Assembly (NCBI GenBank): GCA_963793265.1
Contig: CAWBZI010000001.1
Location: 1,836,121-1,900,120, forward strand
DNA from: an uncultured cyanobacterium
GTDB lineage: Bacteria; Cyanobacteriota; Cyanobacteriia; Phormidesmidales; Phormidesmidaceae
Direction of reading: 5' to 3'
DNA: 64,000 nt
The notes under the pieces were generated by a model, which saw only the letters and a list, made by a program, of their open reading frames with translations, was not told where the DNA came from and made no database searches. Below, in pieces: positions 51,229 through 61,712 of the stretch; the stretch's first letter is position 1, and every line of letters starts with the position of its first letter. A program made the translations under genes and the position numbers.

Positions 51229-52617
51229 ATGGCAGGTTTTAGCGCGCCTTTAAGCAAGTTGGTAGCGGTGCTCAATGCAGATGTGAAGGGTGGTGATCGC
51301 ACCGCTACTCTCACGGCTACCGGGATTACGACAGATACCCGACAGGTACAGCCCAATGAGCTTTTTGTAGCGCTAGAGGGCGAAACGTTTAACGGTCATG
51401 ATTTTGTGCAGCAGGCGATGGAGAAAGGTGCGATCGCTGCCGTCACACGCCAAAATGCTCTCCCCCACTCGATCAACTACCCCTTACTAGAAGTCAGCGA
51501 CACGCTAGCGGCCTACCAAACTCTGGGTCGGTGGTGGCGTCAGCAAATGCCTGCGCCTGTGATCGCAATTACGGGCTCTGTTGGCAAAACCACCACTAAA
51601 GAACTCGTGGCTGCGGCCCTTGGTCAGTTCGGCTCAGTGCACAAAACGCAGGCGAATAATAACAACGAGATCGGTGTGCCTAAGACGCTGCTTGGTCTGA
51701 CTAGCGAGCATAGTTACGCCGTAGTTGAGATGGGAATGCGGGGCCTCGAAGAAATTGCGCTGCTCACTCAAATCGCTCAGCCTGATATCGCGCTGATTAC
51801 GAATGTAGGGACGGCTCATATTGGGCGGCTGGGCTCTCGGGAGGCGATCGCCCAGGCCAAATGCGAACTTTTGCGAGAGCTACCCAAAACGGGTACCGCC
51901 GTACTTAACCATGACGACGCGCTGCTCATAAGTACGGCGGCGACGGTTTGGTCTGGCAAGCAAATTACCTACGGTCTAGAAGGCGGTGACGTTCACGGTC
52001 AGCTTGTAGATGGCAGGGTTGTGGTTGAGAGAATTGAGATTCCTCTGCCGCTACCGGGGCGGCATAATGCGCTGAATTTGTTAGGTGCGATCGCAACCCT
52101 CAAAGCCCTAAACCTGAACTGGCAAGAGCTAGCCAACGGCTTCAACGTTGCGATGCCTGCCGGGCGCGCTCAGATTCATCAGCTCCCGAACGATATCGTC
52201 TTTTTAGATGAAACCTACAACGCCGGGGCCGAAGCGATGGTTGCAGCGCTACAGCTATTAGCCGATCAGCCCGGCAAACGCAGAATCGCGGTGCTCGGCA
52301 CGATGAAAGAGCTGGGCGATCAGTCTGTTTCACTGCATCGGCACATTGGCGAGACGGTGGCTAGTGAAGGCATCGATCGGCTTTTGATTTTGGCCGATCC
52401 TGATGAGGCGGCGGCGATGGCGCAGGGGGCAGGACAAACGCCAAGCCAGCAGTTTGAGAGTCATGCTGAGCTGGCAGAGTATTTGGAAAATGAGATGAGG
52501 GGGGGCGATCGCATTTTCTTTAAAGCCTCTCGCTCCGTTGAGATGGATAAGGTCGTCGATCAGCTCCTCAAATCGTGCATCGCTATGGAAGTAGCCATCT
52601 TCAAGGGTGCTAATTAA
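51229..52617 (+). CDS. murF: UDP-N-acetylmuramoyl-tripeptide--D-Ala-D-Ala ligase
   Basis: TDTR, ITGSVGKTTTKE, NNEIGVP, EMGM, DETYNA, LGTMKELG, KASR. Confidence 0.95.
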   Translation: MAGFSAPLSKLVAVLNADVKGGDRTATLTATGITTDTRQVQPNELFVALEGETFNGHDFVQQAMEKGAIAAVTRQNALPHSINYPLLEVSDTLAAYQTLGRWWRQQMPAPVIAITGSVGKTTTKELVAAALGQFGSVHKTQANNNNEIGVPKTLLGLTSEHSYAVVEMGMRGLEEIALLTQIAQPDIALITNVGTAHIGRLGSREAIAQAKCELLRELPKTGTAVLNHDDALLISTAATVWSGKQITYGLEGGDVHGQLVDGRVVVERIEIPLPLPGRHNALNLLGAIATLKALNLNWQELANGFNVAMPAGRAQIHQLPNDIVFLDETYNAGAEAMVAALQLLADQPGKRRIAVLGTMKELGDQSVSLHRHIGETVASEGIDRLLILADPDEAAAMAQGAGQTPSQQFESHAELAEYLENEMRGGDRIFFKASRSVEMDKVVDQLLKSCIAMEVAIFKGAN

Positions 52618-52728
52618 GTCTTGTATCACTTATTTATAAAGTGAGGTGAATAGTTGATTCGTAACGTAATTACCTCTCTTGAGTCTGAGCTAACATAAGT
52701 TCCAAGCTATGGTTTATAGAGAGTCGAT

Positions 52729-53103
52729 ATGACTTCAGCGCCGAATAAGCAAGCTTCAATTATTCGTACTGAGCGCGGACTGACAATTTCAGGAACCCGT
52801 ATAACGCTCTACGACGTAATGGACTACACAACAGCTCAGTATCCGCATAAGTTTATCTGCGGTTTATTTGATTTGTCCGAAGAGCAAATGAATGCCGCCC
52901 TAACGTACATCGAGTCTAACCGTGCTGAAGTAGAGGCGGAATATCAGCAAGTTCTTAGAGAAGCTGAAGAGCTTCAGCGGTATTACGAAGAGCAAAATAA
53001 AGAGCGCAACGCTCGAATTGCCAAGTTGCCACCGCCGCCCGGTTTAGAAGCGGCTTGGGAAAAACTTCAGGCATCTAGGGCAAAGCACCAAAGCCGCGCG
53101 TGA
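52729..53103 (+). CDS. DUF433 family putative antitoxin
   Basis: IIRTERGLTISGTRITLYDVMDY...L..EQ..AAL.YI. Confidence 0.82.
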   Translation: MTSAPNKQASIIRTERGLTISGTRITLYDVMDYTTAQYPHKFICGLFDLSEEQMNAALTYIESNRAEVEAEYQQVLREAEELQRYYEEQNKERNARIAKLPPPPGLEAAWEKLQASRAKHQSRA

Positions 53104-53186
53104 TCTTCCTAGTTGACCACAACATTGAGGGACATGCACGCATCCTGCTTGGCAGTATAGGCGCAAGGCGAGTTTTTATTCCGTAA
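53100..53186 (+). pseudogene. Internally deleted DUF5615-like (PIN) toxin remnant
   Basis: GTG overlapping the antitoxin stop gives (M)IFLVDHNIEGHARILLGSI-GARRVFIP*, only 28 aa. Confidence 0.7.
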
Positions 53187-53218
53187 CAGTTAACTCGTAA
53201 CCTATTGCCCTAAAATTG

Positions 53219-53752
53219 ATGTCTACTACTTATCTGCTATCTAAAACAGCCGTGGTTCTATTTCTCACTCAACAGCACACCTCTGAAATGTCAGCTCACG
53301 CCGAGCGGGTCTATCCCGAAGAGTGCTGCGGCTTGATGCTGGGTGAGATAGATCGCGTATCTAGTCAGAAGCGACTGGTTGAGCTAGTGGCGGTAGAGAA
53401 TAAGTGGTCTACTGCTGAGGCGCTTGATGAAAGCGTTGATCCTGAAGAATTTACGAAAGCGCGGCGGTTTACGATTGATCCTGTAGATATGCTGCGAGTG
53501 CAAAGGCAGGCGCGGGAGAAGGGGCTGAAGATTATTGGGATTTATCATTCGCACCCGGATCATGTGGCGGTGCCTTCGGAGTGCGATCGCGCTCAAGCCT
53601 GGCCCGACTATGCCTATACAATTATGTCGGTATGCAAAGGCAAAACGGTCGATATTAAAAACTGGGCGCTAGACTCAGAGCATCAGTTTCAACCCGAAGC
53701 CATGCAGATAGCTCCGTCAGCGGCCACCGATCGAATGCCGCTCCTGGCTTAG
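53219..53752 (+). CDS. JAB/MPN+ (M67, Mec-like) metallopeptidase
   Basis: YPEECCG and YHSHPDH.A.PSECD JAMM motif; start uncertain. Confidence 0.88.
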   Translation: MSTTYLLSKTAVVLFLTQQHTSEMSAHAERVYPEECCGLMLGEIDRVSSQKRLVELVAVENKWSTAEALDESVDPEEFTKARRFTIDPVDMLRVQRQAREKGLKIIGIYHSHPDHVAVPSECDRAQAWPDYAYTIMSVCKGKTVDIKNWALDSEHQFQPEAMQIAPSAATDRMPLLA

Positions 53753-53882
53753 CTATTATTAACCCAATCTTTGTCTCATCCGTACTCAGCTAGCTGCTGC
53801 CGTCAGCCGCAATAGGCAAGTGATTCATACTTACAATCACCCGTCTTAACCCCAGCCTCCAAACCCTTTTCACCCATTCACC

Positions 53883-55061
53883 ATGCTGAATCCCAATTTG
53901 GATGACATCCAACTGAACAAGGCAGAGTACGAACGCTACTCTCGCCACCTAATCCTGCCAGAGGTTGGCCTTGAAGGTCAAAAAAAGCTAAAAGCCGCCA
54001 GCGTTTGCTGCGTCGGCACTGGCGGTCTGGGCTCGCCCTTACTGCTCTACTTAGCCGCTGCTGGCGTCGGTCGTATCGGCATCGTTGACTTTGACGTAGT
54101 AGATCATTCAAACCTACAGCGCCAGGTCATTCACGGCACCTCCTGGGTCGGTAAACCGAAAATCGAGTCTGCCAAAAACCGCATTCTCGAAATCAACCCT
54201 TACTGCCAGGTAGACCTCCACGAAGTCCGCCTTTCATCTGACAACGCCCTCGACATCTTCGAGCCCTACGACATCGTGGTAGACGGCACCGACAACTTCC
54301 CGACCCGCTACCTTGTCAACGACGCCTGCGTCCTACTCGATAAGCCCAACGTCTACGGCTCTATCTATCGCTTTGAAGGTCAGGCGACCGTCTTTAACTA
54401 TGAAGGCGGGCCAAACTACCGTGACCTCTACCCAGAGCCACCACCACCGGGCCTGGTTCCTTCTTGCGCAGAAGGCGGCGTACTTGGCATTCTCCCTGGC
54501 ATGATCGGGGTGATTCAGGCGACCGAAACTATCAAGATTATTCTCGGCAAAGGCAATACCTTGAGCGGTCGCCTGCTGGTGTATAACTCTCTAGACATGA
54601 GCTTTAGGGAACTCAGATTGCGCAAGCCGCCTGAAGAACACCGCGCCGTTATTGACAAGCTGATTGACTACGAGCAATTCTGTGGCATTCCGCAAGCTGC
54701 TGAGGAAGAGGCGCAGCAAGCAGCGTCACTTAACGAAATGTCTGTTACCGATCTTAAGGCGCTGCTCGATAGCGATAAAGACGATTACTTCTTGCTAGAC
54801 GTTCGTAACCCTAACGAGTACGAAATCGCCAGCATTCCTGGCTCTACGCTGATCCCGCTGGGCGAAATCGAAAACGGCGACGGCGTGCTCAAGCTCCAGG
54901 GAATGCTCAACGGCCATAAGCTGGTTGCCCACTGTAAAATGGGTGGCCGTTCTGCCAAGGCTTTAGCCATTCTCAAAGAAGCAGGCATTGAAGGCACTAA
55001 CGTTAAAGGCGGCATTCTTGCCTGGAGCAAAGAAGTCGATCCCTCCGTTCCCGAATATTAA
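53883..55061 (+). CDS. moeB: MoeB/MoeZ adenylyltransferase-rhodanese
   Basis: RYSRH, GTGGLG, SNLQRQ, DGTDNFPTRY, SCAEGGVLG; C-terminal rhodanese HCKMGGRS. Confidence 0.92.
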   Translation: MLNPNLDDIQLNKAEYERYSRHLILPEVGLEGQKKLKAASVCCVGTGGLGSPLLLYLAAAGVGRIGIVDFDVVDHSNLQRQVIHGTSWVGKPKIESAKNRILEINPYCQVDLHEVRLSSDNALDIFEPYDIVVDGTDNFPTRYLVNDACVLLDKPNVYGSIYRFEGQATVFNYEGGPNYRDLYPEPPPPGLVPSCAEGGVLGILPGMIGVIQATETIKIILGKGNTLSGRLLVYNSLDMSFRELRLRKPPEEHRAVIDKLIDYEQFCGIPQAAEEEAQQAASLNEMSVTDLKALLDSDKDDYFLLDVRNPNEYEIASIPGSTLIPLGEIENGDGVLKLQGMLNGHKLVAHCKMGGRSAKALAILKEAGIEGTNVKGGILAWSKEVDPSVPEY

Positions 55062-55087
55062 AAGCCTCGTTTACTTACATTGCAACT

Positions 55088-55115
55088 GTAGGGGCTCAGC
55101 AGTGCTGTAGCCCCT
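55088..55115. repeat. GTAG-type REP-like palindrome without insertion
   Basis: GTAGGGGCTCAGCAGTGCTGTAGCCCCT downstream of moeB. Confidence 0.55.
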
Positions 55116-55161
55116 CTTGTTTTTACCTATCAAACCTTCCACTACTCAGGAACTTCAAACC

Positions 55162-55623
55162 ATGAGCCTAAAAGATCGCGTCTCAGACGAAATTAAAACT
55201 GCTATGAAGGCTAAAGACAAGCTTCGGCTAGAAACCGTGCGCGGGATTAAAAAAGTCATTATTGAGAAAGAAAGTGAGATTCGCGGCAAAGGTCGCGAAG
55301 AACTCAATGAAGATGAGGAGATGGCAATTGTGATGCAGCTCGCTAAGCAGCGCCGTGACTCGATTAAGCAATTTACGGATGCCGGGCGCACTGAGCTGGC
55401 TGATAAAGAAGCGAAAGAGCTGGAGATATTAGAAGAGTATTTGCCTGCTCAGCTTTCGGATGCGGATATTGAGGCGGCGGTGGATGAGGCGATCACACAA
55501 ACCGGAGCCAGCAGTATGCGAGACATGGGTAAAGTGATGGGGCCAGTGATGGCAAAGCTCAAAGGCCAAGCTGACGGCAATAAGGTGCAGGCGATTGTTA
55601 AATCGAAGCTGGCGGGAAAGTAA
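55162..55623 (+). CDS. GatB/YqeY domain protein
   Basis: MSLKDR...AMKAKDK.RL, KQRRDSI.QF..AGR, EYLP.QLS, DMGKVMG. Confidence 0.9.
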   Translation: MSLKDRVSDEIKTAMKAKDKLRLETVRGIKKVIIEKESEIRGKGREELNEDEEMAIVMQLAKQRRDSIKQFTDAGRTELADKEAKELEILEEYLPAQLSDADIEAAVDEAITQTGASSMRDMGKVMGPVMAKLKGQADGNKVQAIVKSKLAGK

Positions 55624-55663
55624 TGGAGCTAAGTCAGTGAGAGCGCTCTCGATAGGCAGATCG

Positions 55664-55906
55664 TTAAATCTCATTAACCAGCCAAGAATGATGTTTAGCA
55701 GCTAGCGTTTGCAGCCAAACCTTTTCCGTCTCGCCCAAATCAGCCATCACGCCTCGATAGCGCCAGCCGCGCTCGTACAGCGAAAGAATTTCATCCTCTG
55801 CCAAACCTGCAATCGATGCCGTTTGGCCCTGCCAGCACAGCGATTTGAGAAAAGGTAGCTCATCAAGCGTGGGTATTGCCAAACCATACACCGCAACTGA
55901 AGACAA
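55664..55906 (-). CDS. Small hypothetical protein, possible orphan partner of an AbiEii-type nucleotidyltransferase
   Basis: LPFLKSLCWQ...ILSLYERGWRYRGV.ADL...E...L..LA....SWL pattern, recognised from memory. Confidence 0.55.
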   Translation of the reverse strand: MSSVAVYGLAIPTLDELPFLKSLCWQGQTASIAGLAEDEILSLYERGWRYRGVMADLGETEKVWLQTLAAKHHSWLVNEI

Positions 55907-55914
55907 TTATCAGT

Positions 55915-57699
55915 TTAGTGCGAAAGCTGACGCTGGCGGATATTGTCGAGCTTGGCATCGGGAATGGCGGCGATGAGCTGTTGGGTGTAGGGCTTTTGGG
56001 GCGAGTTGTAAATGGCTTCGGAAGGGCCGATTTCTTCGATGCGGCCTTTGTTCATGACCATGATGCGATCGCTCACAAACTTAACCACGCTCAAGTCATG
56101 AGAGATAAAGATATAGGTCAAATTAAACTCAGCCTGCAAATCTTTTAACAGGTTCAACACCTGCGCCTGCACCGACACATCAAGCGCTGATACCGACTCA
56201 TCGCAAATGATAAACTTTGGCTCGCAAGCTAACGTCCTCGCAATACAAATCCGCTGCCGCTGCCCACCCGAAAACTCATAGGGCATCCGCTTCAGCGCAC
56301 TTGCATCTAACCCCACCCGCTCTAATAAATCAGCCGCCCGCGTCTGCCTTTGCGACTCATCGCCACCTAGCCCATGAATTCGCATCGGCTCAATAATCGC
56401 AGAGCCAATCGTCTGCCGAGCATCAAGCGAGCCATAAGGATTTTGAAACACAATCTGCATTTCTCTTCTCAACTGGCGCATTTTCTTACTGCTCAAATCT
56501 AGAACAGACTGACTGTCGAATTGAATGGAGCCTGAAGTCGGCTCAATCAGCCGTAATAAGCAGCGACTCAGGGTAGATTTGCCACAGCCCGACTCACCCA
56601 CTAGCCCTAAAGTTTCACCCGGATACACATCAAAGCTGACGCTATCAACCGCTTTAAAGTCTGTTTTTTGGCCAAAGAACCCATGACGCATCGGGAACGC
56701 CTTAGTCAGGTTCTTCACCTGTAGCAAAGGAGCATGACTCAACAGTTCTAAACGATGTTGTTCTACTTCAGTCGGACTCACCTCTGCTAATAGCTCGGCC
56801 CTCTCACGCTCTGTCCGCACCTTTGCAATAATCTGCGAGCCTTCCACCTCCATAAAATCGCTCACGGTCGGCAGTCGCTTAAGCTGTTTATTCGGCCTTG
56901 GGCGACAGTTCAACAGTCCTTGCGTGTAAGGATGCTGCGGATCGGCAAACAGATCGTACACTGGCGAAATTTCAACCAAATCTCCCTTGTACATGACGGC
57001 AATGCGATCGGCAATTTCAGAGACAACGCCCATGTCGTGCGTGATAAAGACAATGGCAGTGCCTCTTGAAGATTGCAGGTTGCGAAGAAGATCAAGCGTC
57101 GTGGCCTGAATGGTGACATCGAGCGCGGTGGTGGGTTCATCTGCAATGAGGATAGCGGGATCTCCGGCAAGGGCAATGGCGATCATCACCCTTTGCTGCT
57201 GCCCGCCTGAAAGCTGATGGGGATAGCGGCCTAGAATTTGCTTCGGCTCGGGAAGCTGTACTTCACTAAATAGCTCTATCGCCCGCTCAGTCGCCGCTTT
57301 ATCGTCTAAGTCTTGATGTAGCTTCAGCGCTTCTACAAGCTGATTGCCGCAGGTATATACCGGATTGAGAGAGGTCAGCGGCTCTTGAAAGATCATAGAG
57401 ATTAGTTTGCCTCGGTACGCTCTGCGCTCGTCTCGTGAGAGCTTGAGCAAATCTACCGGCTTGGCATCGGGCGATCGTGGATCGCGAAACAACACTTCCC
57501 CCGAAATATTCGTCTCTGGATCTAACAGGCCAATTAGCGCTAAAGAAGTCACTGACTTTCCTGATCCTGATTCGCCCACCAGCCCTAGCGTCTCTCCGGG
57601 TGCGAGGGCAAAAGACACCGACTTAACCGCTCGAACCTCTCCTGACTTAGTAGAGAAAGTCACCGATAAATCTCGAACATCAAGGATGGGAAAAGTCAT
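55915..57699 (-). CDS. Dipeptide/oligopeptide ABC transporter fused ATPase (DppD+DppF)
   Basis: Two NBDs ([16 protein letters not shown]), LSGGQ and FSGGQ signatures, P.HPYT motifs. Confidence 0.92.
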   Translation of the reverse strand: MTFPILDVRDLSVTFSTKSGEVRAVKSVSFALAPGETLGLVGESGSGKSVTSLALIGLLDPETNISGEVLFRDPRSPDAKPVDLLKLSRDERRAYRGKLISMIFQEPLTSLNPVYTCGNQLVEALKLHQDLDDKAATERAIELFSEVQLPEPKQILGRYPHQLSGGQQQRVMIAIALAGDPAILIADEPTTALDVTIQATTLDLLRNLQSSRGTAIVFITHDMGVVSEIADRIAVMYKGDLVEISPVYDLFADPQHPYTQGLLNCRPRPNKQLKRLPTVSDFMEVEGSQIIAKVRTERERAELLAEVSPTEVEQHRLELLSHAPLLQVKNLTKAFPMRHGFFGQKTDFKAVDSVSFDVYPGETLGLVGESGCGKSTLSRCLLRLIEPTSGSIQFDSQSVLDLSSKKMRQLRREMQIVFQNPYGSLDARQTIGSAIIEPMRIHGLGGDESQRQTRAADLLERVGLDASALKRMPYEFSGGQRQRICIARTLACEPKFIICDESVSALDVSVQAQVLNLLKDLQAEFNLTYIFISHDLSVVKFVSDRIMVMNKGRIEEIGPSEAIYNSPQKPYTQQLIAAIPDAKLDNIRQRQLSH

Positions 57700-58041
57700 T
57701 GCTATAGCCGATCGAATAGTCAGATCAGGTAACGATAGAGACACAGTAGCAGCAAAGTAAAAGAACGGCAGTAGCAACTGGAACTAAACGCTATTTTGAT
57801 AGCAAAATCAGGTTCGATAGCCGATATTCTTGGACATAGAAAGGGATCTATAGCTACTCTCTTTAGCTGTATGTCTAAAGACATGTCTTCTCTCGAAAAC
57901 ATATGAATTAGCGCGGTATGTATCTATTTACTCACTTTAGTATCAGAAGATTTATGTAGGTTTGGACGCAGGCAACTAAGGCGTTTGGTAGAGTGCGCTT
58001 TAATTCTGCTTTTAGTAATTAGTATGCGGAGCTTATTTGTG

Positions 58042-59706
58042 ATGCGCAAACCCAGCTTGTTAAATCGACGCTTCAGGCAGTTGATATTAGCCTTGTTTGC
58101 GCTAACGCTGTCAGTTGTACTCGCTAACTGTGGGGGAGGCGCACCTGATGCAACCACAACAGGAGATGCCGCTGCACCTGCTGCAACCGGGGCTTTAGTG
58201 TATGGCGCGGGCGGTCAGCCGGTAAATCTCACGCCTGGCAATATCACTGACGGCAACTCCATCATTGTTCAAAAGCAAATTTACAACTATTTGACGGGCA
58301 CCGCACCCGGCACAACCGACCCCGTTCCAGAGCTAGCGACTGAATGGAACGCTTCTGAGGATGGTTTAACCTGGACATTCAATCTGCAAGAAGGCGTCAA
58401 GTTCCACGACGGCACAGACTTTGACGCCGAAGCTGTTGTATTTAACGTCAACCGCTGGTGGGATCCAGAGTTTGAATTTGGCTTTCGAGATGAGGGTAAT
58501 CTGTACGAAATTTGGACGGATTTGTTTGGTGGCTTTAAGGGCACCGAAGACTCTACGCTCACAGCCGTTAGCGCTGTAGATCCAACAACCGTAGAGTTTC
58601 AGCTTAAAGAACCCTTTGCAGCATTTCCAGCCGCGATTGGCTCGGGATACTTTGGCATTGGCAGCCCAACTGCGATGCAGGAGGGGGGCGCTAGCTATGG
58701 CACCGCATCGGGTCAGGCCGTGGGCACTGGGCCGTTTGTGTTTGAAGAATGGCGTAGTGGCGATCGCGTCACCCTCTCTAAATACGAAGACTACTGGGAA
58801 GAGGGCCTGCCTGAAGCCGATCAGCTCGTGATGAGCTTTGTTGAAGATCCGGCTGCTCGCTTAGCCCAACTTCGCGCTGGAACGCTGGACTTTACCGTTG
58901 ATCTCACACCCGATCAACTTCCAGAAATTGAGTCCGATCCAAACCTGGAAGCTGTTTTTCGGCCTTCTTTGAATGTGGGTTACCTGGCGCTCAATCCTTC
59001 TTATGAGCCGCTTGCTAACGTTGAGGTTCGACAGGCGATCGCACAAGCCATCAACAAAACCGAGATTGTTCAAGCCTTTTGGGGTGAGCTAGGCGAAACG
59101 GACGGACACTTTACACCGCCCTCACTCAAGGAGTTCCAAGGTGAATCGGTGAGTGACTATCAGTATGAACCGGCAGCGGCAAAGGAGGCGATCGCAGCAG
59201 CGGGCTATCCCAACGGCTTCGATCTCGACCTGTGGTACATGCCTGTTAGCCGCCCTTACTTCCCCAACCCCAAGCCCATCGCAGAAGCCTTCGCCTCTGA
59301 GCTAAGCCAGATCGGTATCAATGTAAATCTGCAAACCAAAGACTGGGGCGCTTATTTAGACGATCGCAACACCGCCCCCGGCTTTCAGTCCTTCATGCTG
59401 GGCTGGACGGGCGACTACGGCGATCCAGATAACTTCTTGTACGCTCACTTTGGCCCCGGCGCGACTCAGGATTTAGGAGACTATGAGAATCCTGAGCTGT
59501 TTTCTCTTTTGAACCAGGCACGGACGGCGAGCGAGCCAAGTGAAAGAGAAGCGTTATACAAGGAGGCTGATGAGCTGATCTTCGAGGAAGCGCTGCGGAT
59601 TCCAATCGTGCATTCTCAGCCGCTGTTGGCTCAGCGGACAAGCGTGACGGGGTGGACGCCGAGTCCGTTGGGGTCGGAGGCTTTTACAACGGTTGAGAAG
59701 AGTTAG
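58042..59706 (+). CDS. Peptide ABC substrate-binding lipoprotein (DppA-like)
   Basis: Lipobox LANC; LQEGVKFHDGT.F.AEAV, GTGPF, VRQAIAQAIN, GWTGD.GDPDNF. Confidence 0.92.
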   Translation: MRKPSLLNRRFRQLILALFALTLSVVLANCGGGAPDATTTGDAAAPAATGALVYGAGGQPVNLTPGNITDGNSIIVQKQIYNYLTGTAPGTTDPVPELATEWNASEDGLTWTFNLQEGVKFHDGTDFDAEAVVFNVNRWWDPEFEFGFRDEGNLYEIWTDLFGGFKGTEDSTLTAVSAVDPTTVEFQLKEPFAAFPAAIGSGYFGIGSPTAMQEGGASYGTASGQAVGTGPFVFEEWRSGDRVTLSKYEDYWEEGLPEADQLVMSFVEDPAARLAQLRAGTLDFTVDLTPDQLPEIESDPNLEAVFRPSLNVGYLALNPSYEPLANVEVRQAIAQAINKTEIVQAFWGELGETDGHFTPPSLKEFQGESVSDYQYEPAAAKEAIAAAGYPNGFDLDLWYMPVSRPYFPNPKPIAEAFASELSQIGINVNLQTKDWGAYLDDRNTAPGFQSFMLGWTGDYGDPDNFLYAHFGPGATQDLGDYENPELFSLLNQARTASEPSEREALYKEADELIFEEALRIPIVHSQPLLAQRTSVTGWTPSPLGSEAFTTVEKS

Positions 59707-59761
59707 CAAACAGTAACCACTAGGGCGTATAGGAAAAGAACACACTAGAGGTAACTTTCTG

Positions 59762-60772
59762 ATGGGTAGATACATTTTCGGACGATTGCTTCAGCTAGTA
59801 CCCGTTCTATTAGGCATCTCGCTACTGGTGTTTGCCTTCCTACATCTCATTCCAGGCGACCCAGCAGTTACCTTATTAGGTGATCGCGCCAGCGCTGAAT
59901 CACTGGCCCGAGTGCGAGAAAGCATGGGCCTCAACCGACCGCTGCCGCTCCAGTACCTCTCCTTTCTCACGAGCCTATTCAGGTTCGACTTGGGCACGAG
60001 CATCTTTACTGGCGAATCGATTGTGGACGCGATCGCCCTACGCTGGCCCGCCACCTTTGAGCTAGCCGTTGTCTCCATGATCATCGCTCTGCTACTCGGC
60101 ATTCCTGCTGGTGTCATTGCCGCCGTCCGCAAAAATAGCTTTATCGACAACCTGACGATGACCGGCTCTCTCATCGGCGTTTCGATGCCCGTATACTGGC
60201 TCGGCCTGCTGCTGGTATATCTATTCGCCGTCAACTTGCAGTGGCTACCGCCAAGCGGACGCATCGGTGTCAATGTCGGCTACGACTTCAAAGAGATTAC
60301 CGGCTTCTATATTTTCGATGCCCTCATTCAAGGCGACTTCAGTGCGCTAGGCGATATTCTTGCTCACCTGATTTTGCCAGCCGTCACGCTTAGCACGATT
60401 CCGCTGGCGATTATTGCTCGAATCACGCGCAGCGCCATGCTAGAAGTGCTCTCACAAGACTACATTCGCACAGCCAGATCTAAAGGGCTAAAAGAGCTGC
60501 GGGTGATTGGTAAACACGCGCTTAAAAATGCCATGCTGCCTGTTGTCACGATTGTCGGCTTAGAGTTTGGTACGCTGCTCGGCGGCGCGATTCTCACCGA
60601 GACTATTTTCTCGTGGCCGGGCATTGGCAAATGGATTTACGAAGGCATTTTACAAAGAGACTATCCGGTGGTGCAGGGCGGCGTTATGTTCGTGGCGTTT
60701 GTATTTGTACTTGTTAATTTGCTGGTAGATATTTCGTATGCGTTTCTAGATCCTCGTATTCAGTACAAATAA
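59762..60772 (+). CDS. Peptide ABC permease (DppB-like)
   Basis: IPGDPA, PATFELA, ARITRSAMLEVL.QDYIRTARSKG, DPRI. Confidence 0.92.
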   Translation: MGRYIFGRLLQLVPVLLGISLLVFAFLHLIPGDPAVTLLGDRASAESLARVRESMGLNRPLPLQYLSFLTSLFRFDLGTSIFTGESIVDAIALRWPATFELAVVSMIIALLLGIPAGVIAAVRKNSFIDNLTMTGSLIGVSMPVYWLGLLLVYLFAVNLQWLPPSGRIGVNVGYDFKEITGFYIFDALIQGDFSALGDILAHLILPAVTLSTIPLAIIARITRSAMLEVLSQDYIRTARSKGLKELRVIGKHALKNAMLPVVTIVGLEFGTLLGGAILTETIFSWPGIGKWIYEGILQRDYPVVQGGVMFVAFVFVLVNLLVDISYAFLDPRIQYK

Positions 60773-60795
60773 GCTCGCTAACAACAAGGAATATT

Positions 60796-61678
60796 ATGGC
60801 GATCGCTGCTCCTCCTAAACGTAAATCCAAGCTGCTCAACAACAGAGCCGTTCAAAGATTTTTAGAATCCACCTCGGGCCTCATCGGTCTAGGGCTCACG
60901 CTGTTCATAATCCTTGCAGCTATCCTTGCACCTGTCTTAAAACCCTACGATCCTTCTACAGCGAGCAACTATGCTATCCGGCTAGAAGGCCCGAGCCTAT
61001 CGAACTGGTTTGGTGCAGACGGACTAGGCCGCGATATTTTCACGCAGGTTTGGTACGGCCTCAGAACATCTCTGGTGATTGGGTTAGTGTCTGTTTTAGT
61101 AGGGCTGCTTGATCGGGGTGGCGTTAGGACTTGCCGCTGGTTATTTTCGGGGCTGGATAGAGAGAATTATTGGCTGGCTCACTGATGTGATGCTAGCGTT
61201 TCCGTCTATTTTGCTGGCGATCGCAGTCGTCACCGTTACCGGCCCTAGCGTCGTCAGCGTCATGTTCGCAGTTGGCATCGTCCAAATCCCCAAATTCATT
61301 CGCCTCACCCGCAGCATGGTGCTCTCCCTGCGCGAACAAGAATTTATCCAAACCGTCCGCGCCTTCGGAGCCAAAGCCCCCCGCATCGTCTTCCTCCACA
61401 TCTTGCCCGCTAGCCTTGCGCCCTTAGTCGTTCAGGCCACCCTCGCCATCGGCACCTCTACCCTAGAAGCCGCAGGCTTAGGCTTTCTTGGCCTTGGCGC
61501 GCAGCCCCCCACGCCCGAACTTGGCACCATGCTCTCCGACGCCTTCAAAGGCGGCTACTCCCTTTCGGCCCCCTGGACAATCGTCTTTCCCGGCCTGTTT
61601 ATCACGCTCACCGTGCTGGCTTTTAACCTATTAGGCGACGGCCTGCGTGACGCACTCGATCCCAAAGGAAGCCGCTAG
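60796..61678 (+). pseudogene. Peptide ABC permease (DppC-like) split by a +1 frameshift
   Basis: N-half (FGADGLGRD, YGLRTSL) and C-half (DVMLAFPSILLAI, FNLLGDGLRDALDP) join if one base is removed at 61108-61110; may be a sequencing error. Confidence 0.75.
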
Positions 61679-61712
61679 GGATTTAGAATAGTGGGGATAG
61701 GTTAGAAGATTA

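Noticed and set aside
57770..57885. NtcA-like sites between the Dpp ATPase and dppA
   Set aside because: Only imperfect matches (GTA-N8-AAC, GTA-N8-GAC), expected by chance in AT-rich DNA.
61100..61120. Programmed +1 frameshift in dppC
   Set aside because: No stop or obvious hungry codon after CTT, and I know of no precedent in this family.
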